DNA from: Basidiobolus meristosporus CBS 931.73
Lineage: Eukaryota > Fungi > Basidiobolomycota
Length of the DNA stretch: 64,000 nt
Direction: 5' to 3'
Assembly: GCA_002104905.1 (NCBI GenBank)
Contig: MCFE01000206.1
Location: 1-64,000 of the forward strand
Of this stretch, positions 38,950-49,807 are shown piece by piece; positions within the stretch are counted from its first letter, which is position 1, and each line of letters begins with the position of its first letter. Position numbers and translations under genes: made by a program. The notes below the pieces were generated by a model. The model saw only the letters and a program-made list of their open reading frames with translations, did not search any database and was not told the DNA's origin.

Positions 38950-39942
38950 ATGGTCAAAGTCGCTGTTCTGGGTGCTGCCGGTGGTATTGGTCAACCTCTC
39001 TCTCTTCTCCTTAAGCAAAACACCTTGATCTCCCACCTTGCTCTCTACGACTTGGTCAACGTTCCTGGGGTTGCTGCCGATCTCTCCCACATCAACACCC
39101 CCTCCAAGGTCACTGCTCACCTCGGTGCCGACAACCTCCAAGAGGCCCTCGCTGATGCCCATGTCGTTGTTATTCCCGCTGGTGTCCCCAGAAAGCCTGG
39201 CATGACCCGTGACGATCTTTTCAAGATCAACGCTGGCATTGTCCGTGACTTGGCCACCGCCGCCTCCAAGTACTGCCCCAAGGCCTTCATGTTGATCATC
39301 TCCAACCCCGTCAACTCCACTGTCCCCATTGTTGCCGAGGTCTTCAAGAAGGCTGGAGTCTACGACCCCAAGCGCTTGTTCGGTGTGTCCACTCTTGATG
39401 TTGTCCGTGCTTCTCGCTTCGTTTCCGAGGTCAACCCCGAGTTGAACCCTGTTGACACCCGAGTCACTGTTATTGGTGGACACTCTGGCACCACCATCAT
39501 CCCACTCCTCTCCCAACTCAACCCCACTCAGAAGTTCACCCAAGAGCAAATTGAGGCCTTGACTCATCGTATCCAATTCGGTGGTGATGAGGTTGTTAAG
39601 GCCAAGGATGGAGCTGGCTCTGCTACCCTGAGTATGGCATATGCAGGTGCAAGATTTGCAATCAATATTCTTGAAGCCAGCGTCAATGGAAAGACTGGTA
39701 TTATTGAGCCAAGTTATGTTGACCTATCTGCTGATGAGGAAGGAGGAGGCTTAATTAAGAAGCAAGCCGGATGTGATTTCTTTGCTGCTAACGTGGAGCT
39801 CTATTCTCGGGGTATTAAACATATACTGCCCATCGGAACTCTTTCTGATTATGAGCAGAAGCTTTTAGTAGAGGCTTCTTCGGAATTGAAATCCAATATT
39901 AAAAAAGGTGCAGACTTCGTGAACACTGACTCAAAGATGTAG
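38950..39942 (+). CDS. MDH: Malate dehydrogenase paralog with C-terminal PTS1-like SKM (likely peroxisomal), intronless, 330 aa
   Basis: Same motifs as the upstream copy; divergent last third ending VNTDSKM*; TATAAATAAAA about 98 nt upstream. Confidence 0.95.
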   Translation: MVKVAVLGAAGGIGQPLSLLLKQNTLISHLALYDLVNVPGVAADLSHINTPSKVTAHLGADNLQEALADAHVVVIPAGVPRKPGMTRDDLFKINAGIVRDLATAASKYCPKAFMLIISNPVNSTVPIVAEVFKKAGVYDPKRLFGVSTLDVVRASRFVSEVNPELNPVDTRVTVIGGHSGTTIIPLLSQLNPTQKFTQEQIEALTHRIQFGGDEVVKAKDGAGSATLSMAYAGARFAINILEASVNGKTGIIEPSYVDLSADEEGGGLIKKQAGCDFFAANVELYSRGIKHILPIGTLSDYEQKLLVEASSELKSNIKKGADFVNTDSKM

Positions 39943-41049
39943 AACTGGTCTTCTCCACGAATGGCCGAATTTATACTCGTAACATACCTTATCAACAGTA
40001 TCTAGTTTTTCATCACATATTTCAGCACTGTATATTAAACACAACTACGTGTTGTTTTATAAAATTGCAACTTCGCCTCTCAACTAGACATGATTGCTTT
40101 AAAATTGAGTGTGATAGGATTGATTGCTTATCAAGGCATATGGTTCTACAACCTGTTAATACACACCTGCTACTAATATGCAAATGCCCAAATTTCAAGT
40201 ATATTGACATCATATCGTGTGATGTGTTCAGTAAGTCAATATACCCATCAATGAATTGGATTGTGGAAGCTGATTTGCCTGGATTGGCATTGAATCGTTC
40301 AAACCTGTTTTAGATCCATCCACTAACTAGGCTAATTTTGTATTGGTTTCATCACTAAATCATGTTTCAAATTCCCTTGGGTAGATTGACTGTTTCCGGT
40401 AGCCTCTCTACCCCGCTCTCATTTACACATCCCTTGTTGATGTGGAATATTGAATGGGAGGCAGAGGTCCAGAAGAACCATTGTTTAATGCGCATGCATG
40501 TATCGAAAAGATGCCGAGGAAAAATCAAATCAAACCGGAACGTCCTCCTCATGGATTCTACTAAAGTGTGGATCCGCATTTGTAGGATTTCTGCAGCCCG
40601 CAATTGCCGAGTTGAATCAAAATGTAAGATCGACGGATTACTTAAAGGGGGAGGAGTATGTTTCTGCGAACAGATGAAATGGGAGTTAATGAGCGGTGGT
40701 TGGAGGCTGATTTGACGGATCGCTGCACATCCATCATCGTGGAGTAATCTTCAATACGATAAGACGAATGATAAAATTCTAGTGAAACCGGATTTAACTA
40801 AATACGCGATTCCCCGTTTACAACAACCATGAAATGAGGGTTCGGGTTATAGGTACTAGTGTATTTCAGTCGTAAGCCTTTGAAGGTGTTTGAACTGAAT
40901 GTTGGAAAGGGACCATCCATGATTCCCCCATCCACTAGCGCTTTATTTTTGCAGAGGTGGGTACTGGTATCACAACACCTACAAGATCCGAAGTTGGTGC
41001 CACCAAAAAAGGACGATGATGCTGTTGGAATGAGTAGAGTACTAAAAAG

Positions 41050-42159
41050 ATCATACAAGTCGAAAATGTGTTCTCATTCTGGTGGGTACACTTGGTATCC
41101 AAGTGTGAAGTGGAGACACGAATATACACGTTGATGTTCAGGGTGCAACTGGTGCTGGTGGTGGCAGCGATGGTAACAGTGGAGGTGGAGGTGGAGCGTG
41201 CAACAAACTAGAAAGAAACATACAGAAAAATAGGCATTCAAGTGCGAAAATACACAATCAAACTGAGGTATGGCCACAGCAAATAGGGTGAGGGAGTAGG
41301 ATTGGCACTTGAGCGTGTCAACCTACAACATCTCAATCATAAACAATGCACAAATGAAGGCTGCGGCTGAAGTAGCTTATGGCCCTCTGTGGACTGGCTC
41401 GGTACCATGCTGACTTTGCCGCTCATCCCATATCCTTGTCATCCAGGGTGTGGATGTCCACTGACAAATGGGGTGTCAAAAACTTGGATGGGTAAATAAA
41501 GGTGGTAAAGTGGAGGATGGATGTGGGTGAGGGTGAGGGTGAGGGCAAGGGTAGGTATAGCACTGATGGGGGCAGAGTGGGGAATGGGGGTCTGAGAAAG
41601 AGAACTGGTTAAAGAATGGGAGTGGGAGTGGGAGTGGTAGTGGGAATGGATACGAAAATGGTGGACAAGAGCTGAGGTAGATATAACCTATGACAGTCAA
41701 TTGAAAGATAGGCTAGTACATCAATGAATTCATGAATGAATGTGCGAGCAGGTGTGTGTGTGTGTGGAGGTGTGAAAGTGGGCGAGTGCTGGGTTCGTTA
41801 TCCGAGCTGCCGGTTACTTGGCCAGCTGGTGGCTTGCCCCGCTTCCTTGCCCTACATTAGTCATCGGCGTGGTTAGAATCCAATCCCACGATGGTAGCCT
41901 AGCTTGGAGTATCTCGGGGAGCGTCTGTGTGTATGCCCCGACCTCGCTTGGGGCACATCCGACCCAGAGATGCTGGCTGCTATGGCTGTGGCAATGGCAT
42001 TGACCCTGACGGCAGTCCTGGTGGTGGCTCGATGACTCAACAGAAGCTTGACTCCATCCTTTATGTATGAAGTAAGCACCCCACGAAGCATAGCCAGCAG
42101 ATGGACGATGGCCACCAGAGCGGATACTAGAAAAACCATTGAGATCTCCATGCTGTTTA
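41050..42159 (-). repeat. Left arm (1110 bp) of a long inverted duplication
   Basis: Reverse complement of 45032-46137. I found about four substitutions plus a (GGGAGT) unit indel and a (GT) unit indel. No TSD and no transposase in the 2.87-kb spacer. Confidence 0.95.
41873..42151 (-). CDS. 92-aa hypothetical protein with hydrophobic N-terminus (copy A)
   Basis: AAACAGCATGG start context; TATAAATACC at 42241-42250 (minus). The single SNP versus copy B is synonymous in this frame (TCA/TCG). Splicing cannot be excluded. Confidence 0.5.
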   Translation of the reverse strand: MEISMVFLVSALVAIVHLLAMLRGVLTSYIKDGVKLLLSHRATTRTAVRVNAIATAIAASISGSDVPQARSGHTHRRSPRYSKLGYHRGIGF

Positions 42160-43844
42160 TTCCAAGTTAGATGGTAAGGTAGTAGCAAAAGGTGCTGTTG
42201 TTGCTGCTTTCGCTGGCAAGAAAATCGATCCGGTGCGGGGGGTATTTATAGCTCAAGGTTACAATCAAGGTTGTTGTTCACCGATTTGCGATGGCGTATT
42301 TTACTGGTCTCAATTGGAGCACTGTCTTCTGAGTATCTGGCTATATTCAAGGTCAAGACAAACTGGTTTGGAGTGGGTGCTGATTAATAACTCGGGAGTT
42401 GACAACATACATGTCTAGATTAAAGGCTCACAACCATAGATAGCTTGAGGGCTGAGGGTAGCTTGTGCTTAATGAGGTCGAGATAGGATTGATTTGCCTC
42501 GAAAGGACAGATTCACGGTTGTACAACGTGTTTAGAAAATGAAAAGAATCTGGGCTGGTTTTAATTTTAGTGCAGCAAGACTAAAATTCCAGTATGCGCT
42601 TAATCCGCAATGTTCAGCATGACAATGCATCCGATTTAACCATAACCTTCAGCAGCATGGTAGCATTTTCATTCGAAAGCATCATATGGACGCTTGTACA
42701 ATTTAATAAAGTTAAGATGCAAATATCAATGCAGCCTGGTTCCAGTTTTTGCAGGACAAAGGCGACAAATATGTTCTATTATATCCAAGCACATACGGGT
42801 GTCTCCTGCCTCCACAGTGGACTTCCGATATCCCATACGATATGCCTTGGTATACCGGTGGACCGGCAAGCCCCGTTGACAAGTTTCAAGATCAATGAAA
42901 GCCCTACTCCCCATGGATACTGTTACTTGATGCAAATCAATCAGCCCAGGAACGTGTAGATGCTTCAATATTGCCACAAGTGCATATTAAACAGCTGCCC
43001 TAGCTGATTACAGATCTAAGGTGGCTCTATGACATCATTGGATGCGTGGTCGGTGTTAGGGTAATTGCGGCCTCCAGCTGCTTGACCACAGCCCATGATT
43101 GTCTCATGGAGTGGAGAGGCGCTGCGAGAGTCTCTGGTCCCATGACAAATTCATTGGGACCCACTGCCATATATCGCAACAGCTCAGTGAGTAAAATTTG
43201 AGACATGTTGTTGCCTGTCTGCTGGTTGGACGGTTAGATGGGGAAAACTCGCAACCCCTGCTGATATGTTTCACCCTCGCAAGGCGAAGGGTCGTGGTGG
43301 GTCCGGAAATGGGCCTAACCACTGCAGCGCCTGATTTGTGTGGATGAGCATCACATCTTCGCCTACATCTATAGGTGGTAGTGTCAGCACCCATGGATCT
43401 TCTAATGAGGAGGAGATTGGTATCAGATGGGAATTTATTCAGAAATGAGAATGTTTCAGATGCATAGCGATGGCACTGCGATGAATCCGAGCAGGAGACA
43501 GTGGCTTTCAATATCACTATACTGGTGAGGAAAGACTCTGACATCTGCTCCTTGGCTAATATGCTGGGCGGGTAGTGCACAAATCCCAACTGATTGAATA
43601 CCATTTGTTTCATAAATGTAGTTTTGGCTCTTTGCTCCCATCCAACCCATTCCTAGGCCACACCATGCAACACAAATTTAGTTATACAAGTTCTCTCAAT
43701 GGGAAGCATGCAAAAGAAGAAGTGCAATACGACTCTTCACAAAGGCTGTGGGTGACACTGCATCAATATAAATACCTCCACTTGTTACTAGTGGGAACTG
43801 GAGTGACTCCAAAAACTTATCCTAAAGAATCGATGGAGTTCAAC

Positions 43845-44066
43845 ATGTCAACAACCATTGTGGCTTTGTTCCTCGTGATCCACCTGCTCCCTTTGGTTCA
43901 AATAGCATTCCCTTCGGTTAAACAGATAGCAATCCATGTCAGAAACTCCACAAACTGTAATTGGGCCGAGGATACTTCCTGCTCCAAGGATACATGCTGG
44001 AGGTTTAATGTCCCATGCACTAATCACTGGTGGCTGGTGTTGGAGTTAAAACTGAGGTCTGAATAA
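43845..44066 (+). CDS. 73-aa putative small secreted protein with 4 Cys, in the palindrome spacer
   Basis: MSTTIVALFLVIHLLPLVQIA signal-like start, then ...NCNWAEDTSCSKDTCWRFNVPC...; CAACATG context; TATAAATACC at 43767-43776. Confidence 0.45.
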   Translation: MSTTIVALFLVIHLLPLVQIAFPSVKQIAIHVRNSTNCNWAEDTSCSKDTCWRFNVPCTNHWWLVLELKLRSE

Positions 44067-45031
44067 TCCAATTGTAGCGAGCCTCGACAATCCCATTGCT
44101 CGCAAGACAGATACGAAAGTGGCACTGTTAAATCCCACTTTTTGGCTCTTCCATCATCTTCCCAATGTATAAACAACTCAAAAGACGTTTGTAAACGATC
44201 CTGTAACCAGCACAAGTATGCCTAGCTTTTGATTTATCCATTTGATAACTTGACTGTATTCATCAATGTGAACCCTAATTGAAATAAATCTGAAGTGCCC
44301 ATGGCAACCTAACTTAATCCCAACATCTTCGATTTCCCTATGATCATGCTAGTATTCCGTGTTATTAAATATCCCCGTGCTACGGCCCGCCCCCAATATG
44401 TATATGCTAACTTCACTATAGGTAGCGCCTTGGCATACCCACAGCCCTGCGATTTGTAAGGTTAATTCCTGAATTGAATATGAACCTGTCAATAATTATT
44501 CTAATTGCGGTTGTCTAGGAATTGTGCAACACCTTTGCAACCGATAAAACTCCATTCATTACGACATAATCTCTCCTAGCAGATTAATATCATGAGGGGT
44601 CCCGTTCAGCCCCTCTTGGCTTAGTGCATAAACGGAAACCCTGCTGAACATGTAACGTATAGAATTTCGGATTTCACATGCCCGCATACTTTCTGATGGT
44701 TTGATGTAGGTTAGGCTTGAATCTCTGCCAATTTGGTGTTTAGAAAACTTCCTATCGTCATCCCTTTGAGCAACTTATTGCTAATTAGAACAAGGACACG
44801 TAAGTTATATCTGAGCATTGTCTTCCAAAAGGTTGACTCTGATGTTCGAATATGGATCGCCACTTTGACCTTCTTTTGGCATTAATGCATGATCAGTGCG
44901 TTGAGGCGCTCGTACCCCTTAATCTCCATTGCACATCACTTCAAGTCAACCACCCAAAGTATAAATACCCTCACAGCGTATTGATTCATTAGTCAGTGAA
45001 AACAGTACACCTTTGCTATTATCACTTTGAG

Positions 45032-46137
45032 TAAACAGCATGGAGATCTCAATGGTTTTTCTAGTATCCGCTCTGGTGGCCATCGTCCATCTGCTGGCTA
45101 TGCTTCGTGGGGTGCTTACTTCGTACATAAAGGATGGAGTCAAGCTTCTGTTGAGTCATCGAGCCACCACCAGGACTGCCGTCAGGGTCAATGCCATTGC
45201 CACAGCCATAGCAGCCAGCATCTCTGGGTCGGATGTGCCCCAAGCGAGGTCGGGGCATACACACAGACGCTCCCCGAGATACTCCAAGCTAGGCTACCAT
45301 CGTGGGATTGGATTCTAACCACGCCGATGACTAATGTAGGGCAAGGAAGCGGGGCAAGCCACCAGCTGGCCAAGTAACCGGCAGCTCGGATAACGAACCC
45401 AGCACTCGCCCACTTTCACACCTCCACACACACACACACACCTGCTCGCACATTCATTCATGAATTCATTGATGTACTAGCCTATCTTTCAATTGACTGT
45501 CATAGGTTATATCTACCTCAGCTCTTGTCCACCATTTTCGTATCCATTCCCACTACCACTCCCACTCCCATTCTTTAACCAGTTCTCTTTCTCAGACCCC
45601 CATTCCCCACTCTGCCCCCATCAGTGCTATACCTACCCTTACCCTCACCCTCACCCTCACCCACATCCATCCTCCACTTTACCACCTTTATTTACCCATC
45701 CAAGTTTTTGACACCCCATTTGTCAGTGGACATCCACACCCTGGATGACAAGGATATGGGATGAGCGGCAAAGTCAGCATGGTACCGAGCCAGTCCACAG
45801 AGGGCCATAAGCTACTTCAGCCGCAGCCTTCATTTGTGCATTGTTTATGATTGAGATGTTGTAGGTTGACACGCTCAAGTGCCAATCCTACTCCCTCACC
45901 CTATTTGCTGTGGCCATACCTCAGTTTGATTGTGTATTTTCGCACTTGAATGCCTATTTTTCTGTATGTTTCTTTCTAGTTTGTTGCACGCTCCACCTCC
46001 ACCTCCACTATTACCATCGCTGCCACCACCAGCACTAGTTGCACCCTGAACATCAACGTGTATATTCGTGTCTCCACTTCACACTTGGATACCAAGTGTA
46101 CCCACCAGAATGAGAACACATTTTCGACTTGTATGAT
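45032..46137 (+). repeat. Right arm (1106 bp) of the long inverted duplication
   Basis: See the left arm; it contains (CA)n, (CCCACT)n and (CCCTCA)n microsatellites and the hairpin ACACTTGG-ATA-CCAAGTGT near its outer end. Confidence 0.95.
45040..45318 (+). CDS. 92-aa hypothetical protein with hydrophobic N-terminus (copy B, identical protein to copy A)
   Basis: TATAAATACC at 44960-44969; same start context as copy A. Confidence 0.5.
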   Translation: MEISMVFLVSALVAIVHLLAMLRGVLTSYIKDGVKLLLSHRATTRTAVRVNAIATAIAASISGSDVPQARSGHTHRRSPRYSKLGYHRGIGF

Positions 46138-46574
46138 TTCTATTACACTGCTCACTCGAGCAAAATTATCGTTTCTCTCTAGTGGCGTCGATTCCAAGCT
46201 ACGCAGATACTGTTGCATCATGGACAGATGACGACACCCTATTATTCACCACTGGCCATGTTGTTCTCCCATTGTTTCTGTTTAAGATACATTGTATGGA
46301 GTGAACCACCATATCCCGGTGCAAAATAAACCAAAATCCAAATTGAAACACAGAACCTGTTCTTAGTATACACAGACGTGTGAAAAATCAATCCTCCAAG
46401 TGAAAACATCAGAGATCTGGTGAATTGCCATCATAAACTATCATCTCACTCCTGTAGCCGTGGATTATCAGTGCCATCGTGATACATACAATATAGACGA
46501 TGTTTAAATAGCATCGGATGACGCATCTTTTTGCCATTAAACATTGGTCAAGTGGTGAACTCCGATTCTACAGC

Positions 46575-47073
46575 TCAACGCGGTTTAGACGGTGGTAAGG
46601 ATATGGCTAACCTCGCGGAGTTCATTGTTTCACAACGAACATAATCACGTTGTCGATAACTTCCTACACCCTCCTCAGAAGACGGCGAACTCCCTCGGTG
46701 TAGCTTGGTGCTGGATGGTTTCGTTTTTGTGATGCTGGGGACAATCTTGGTTTCTACTTGAGTATCTATAGTGGAGCTTTCAGAGCGGTGCTTGGCAGCC
46801 CTTAATGACCCCTCTAGACGGTATCCAGTTTGAGAGTCGATGCGGGCTTTAACAAGAGTAGCCTGCTTGATGACATGAACTTGGTGACCGTGATAATAAA
46901 CGGTCCAAAATGGGTAAGGGTAGGAAAAGCAGCCAATATAGGCCTGCGTTCAAGAGCCACCAGAGCACTCTCAACGATCGCTGCATGGAAAACTGGGGAA
47001 TTGATTTTCGTAAATTTACGGGATAGTCGGGTTGAACGGTTGGATGTCTGGTTGGTGTCTGTACACCAGTCAT
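46575..47073 (-). CDS. Hypothetical two-exon protein, about 140 aa (exons 47073-47020 and 46943-46575)
   Basis: A 123-codon open frame without its own start (AYIGCFSYPYPFWTVYYHG...) joins in phase 0 to MTGVQTPTRHPTVQPDYP through a 76-nt GTAAAT...GCAG intron. It is divergent from the NAB-like gene. Confidence 0.4.
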
Positions 47074-47708
47074 TGCCCATAGGGTCAGTAGCGCTGGATG
47101 ATGATAGGCTTAGGGTTAGGTTTGCCATCCAGCACACAATGTGGTCACCGATGGATCTCACTAACTATGTTAGATTCGCCATGTCGGTTGTAGAGTGTAG
47201 GGGAATCTACTACCGAAAATTAATTAAATGATATTCCATGATAAGCCCCATAGCCTACTTGTAAGACAGCCTCAAACCCACAGGATGAGTCATCATCACT
47301 TGGGCGATATGAAATGGCCTTCCATGCCGCCCAGTACAATCGATGGACCAAATACTTTTCGCCGCTTGGTGATCCTTGGGCAGCCCGACGAAAACAGTCA
47401 GGATGACGTAGAGGTCGGTCATTCAACTCCAGTGGGACAAAAATGAAATTCGCGAGGCCATGTCATAAAGGAACTGTTGACCGTGTCGCTTGATGCCAAA
47501 TTGATGGGCAAGTTTAATAAACACTCGCCCACCCCCCTCAGCTCCGGCTCTGCCCCACTTAATAAGCCACCAATCAGGAAAAAGATCTACCTACCCCCTT
47601 TTCTCCCTGTTGAACCCCAGGAGGGATTTTGTATTAGAGACGGTGCTTAAGGCCACACTCGAGGGAGCGTCACTTGCTCAATTTCTTGTATTTTATACAG
47701 TCATAAAA

Positions 47709-48854
47709 ATGTCCTGCACTGGTCAAACACCTAACAATCGTCCATACAACACAACCACACCTAGCACTACCGCAGGCGGTAGCATTCCTACCTTAAGCGA
47801 ATTCCTTCGTAGCTGCAAACTCTCTCAGTATTACAACGAATTTCTAGCCTCGGGTGCTGGCGAGGATGATGTACCCATGCTCTTGGATTTTGCAGACAGC
47901 GAAATCACTGAATTGTGCGCCGCCATCTCCCTAAAGCCCTTCCATATAGTCAGTTTAAAGAGAGGAATCCGAATGTTGAAGGAGCAGCTAGGCCTCATAC
48001 CCCCTCAGGTACGTGTTCTGTGCGTTTCTATACAACGTATAGCGTAAAATATTCATCGCTTGTGGCTGCTGTAGGTGATCCACACAGCCGCCTCACCCCC
48101 ACTGCCAACTGCCCACCCAGCACCGGTCGTTCCAATCTTTTCCAACATCGCGCCCACGCCCCCAAATGCAACATTTCCTGGTCACATGAACCCAACAGCA
48201 CATGCGCTCTCGCCGAAAATAGCCCCCCGAGTTCTTCCGGACGTGGTTACCGTCATTCCCGACACCAGAACGTCCGAATACAGCGCCCCCTCGGTAGCGA
48301 GCAACAACGGTCTTGAGCGGACGAGCCTTCCGAACAAAGCGTTGATAATAGAAAGAGCAACGATATACGGACGTAAAAGTGGACGGGAGTTGACAAAATA
48401 CGAAAGGAGTATGAACGACGCGGCCATCGGCATTGCTCTGGCCGAGCCAACACTGATTTTGAATCGAGGTCTTCTGATAGAAAAATCCAAGGCCAAGCTG
48501 TTGCAAGATGGATATGTGTACAGTCGTGGTAGATCACGCTCCAAACTGGTTCGAACAATCAGCAGTTCAGTCGGTGGTCACGAATCTCCGGCAATCAACG
48601 GAAATATCACCCCAGCCCCGAGCGACATGGGATACCGCGAAGAAGATTCGAGCTCGACCTCGGACAAAGAGCATCAAGCGGTCATGTCCGGGAAGACACA
48701 CAGTAGGGAGAGCCGGGAGCGAGATGAGGAAGAAGACGACGACGCGAAGAATAAGAATAAGAAGCTTAAGTTTGAGAAGGAAAACGAAAAAGATTTGGAT
48801 AATAAAGAACGGGATCCGAGCCTACGAGATCCCCTTCACGGCGAAGATAAATAA
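47709..48854 (+). CDS. NAB (NGFI-A-binding)-like protein with NCD1 (SAM-like) and NCD2 domains, 359 aa, 2 exons (47709-48008, 48075-48854)
   Basis: 66-nt phase-0 intron GTACGT...GTAG. LSQYYNEFLASGAGEDDVPMLL...KPFHIVSLKRGI follows the NCD1 pattern (YY..F...GGDDV..L...KPLH...L). IYGRKSGRELTKYERSMNDAA...LILNRGLL follows the NCD2 pattern (IYGR...LT.HE..VNEAA...L..R..L). Basic/acidic C-tail with NLS-like KNKNKKLK. Confidence 0.8.
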
Positions 48855-49135
48855 GGAATTTTTATAGACCTTCACGCATTACATGCCTCCAGTGCCCAAC
48901 CTGATACACACGAAGCAATGGTAGGAGGATGCACTGTTCATCAAAGATCCTCGCACCCGCCACTCCTAACATCGCATGGACGCAACACTTTCATGAACTT
49001 CCCGTACATAGTTTACACTTTTTCCAGCAGCATTGAACCGATCTAATTTCCATTGCAGTGATATCCTTTCATACTTCCACTCTAGTATCTCTCTTAATTG
49101 TATTTGATTTAAGGGTTTTGACAAAGCATATCCAA

Positions 49136-49807
49136 ATGGATTTCAAAATAAATCCGGTTAGCGTATCCATCTCCGTCCCTACACCAAATCAGAGTCTGGA
49201 AACAGATCGCCGAACCAGCACCGGATACGGCCGAACTGGCCCATACTCAGTGAGGGCCGACCTTGACCCTTACTACCCATCCGTTCGCAATATTACTCGA
49301 AACATTGCGAGGGGGGATCTGCGCCCAAGTTTGAGCACAGATCTCCAAACATCCAAATGCTTGGCAACTTCAGGAAGTGCAAGCCAAGCTGCCGTACTAG
49401 TGATCACAATTCGGGACGTTTCTGGAGGGGCAACTCGGTCACTGCTTTTCCTGGTAACTGGAAGCAATCCGGAGCGGATTTACCAGCCCACGATATCTGA
49501 CGGCGCAACAAAACCCAATCACGGCAAATGTAGCGGCACTTGGGTCCTCTATGAAACCGAATCGAAAACGGCACAAAAATACAAACACCTGCTAAAACAA
49601 GCGACGCGTGCATACATTTGGCCACCTCCCCCGCTGTGGATGCCAAGAAGTGATGATGAACGAATCTGGCAAAACGGGCATCCAGGGTATTGTAAATATT
49701 GGGCCGAAGGTGGAGGCATTCCGCAGAAGTCTCAGTTGGGCAGCGGAATTACCATTGGTGACTGTTTACCAAGGGTATACGAAATTCGTCTAGTAATGCG
49801 CGGGTAA
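49136..49807 (+). CDS. Hypothetical protein, first exon of at least 222 codons; 3' structure unresolved
   Basis: Long open frame from MDFKINP, ending at a canonical GTAAGT donor at about 49804. No family recognised. Confidence 0.5.
   Translation: MDFKINPVSVSISVPTPNQSLETDRRTSTGYGRTGPYSVRADLDPYYPSVRNITRNIARGDLRPSLSTDLQTSKCLATSGSASQAAVLVITIRDVSGGATRSLLFLVTGSNPERIYQPTISDGATKPNHGKCSGTWVLYETESKTAQKYKHLLKQATRAYIWPPPPLWMPRSDDERIWQNGHPGYCKYWAEGGGIPQKSQLGSGITIGDCLPRVYEIRLVMRG

Noticed and set aside
41050-46137. Palindrome interpreted as a foldback/Mutator-like transposon with long TIRs
   Set aside because: No TSD, no transposase, homology decays gradually beyond the arm ends, and CpGs are intact, unlike every true element in the window.
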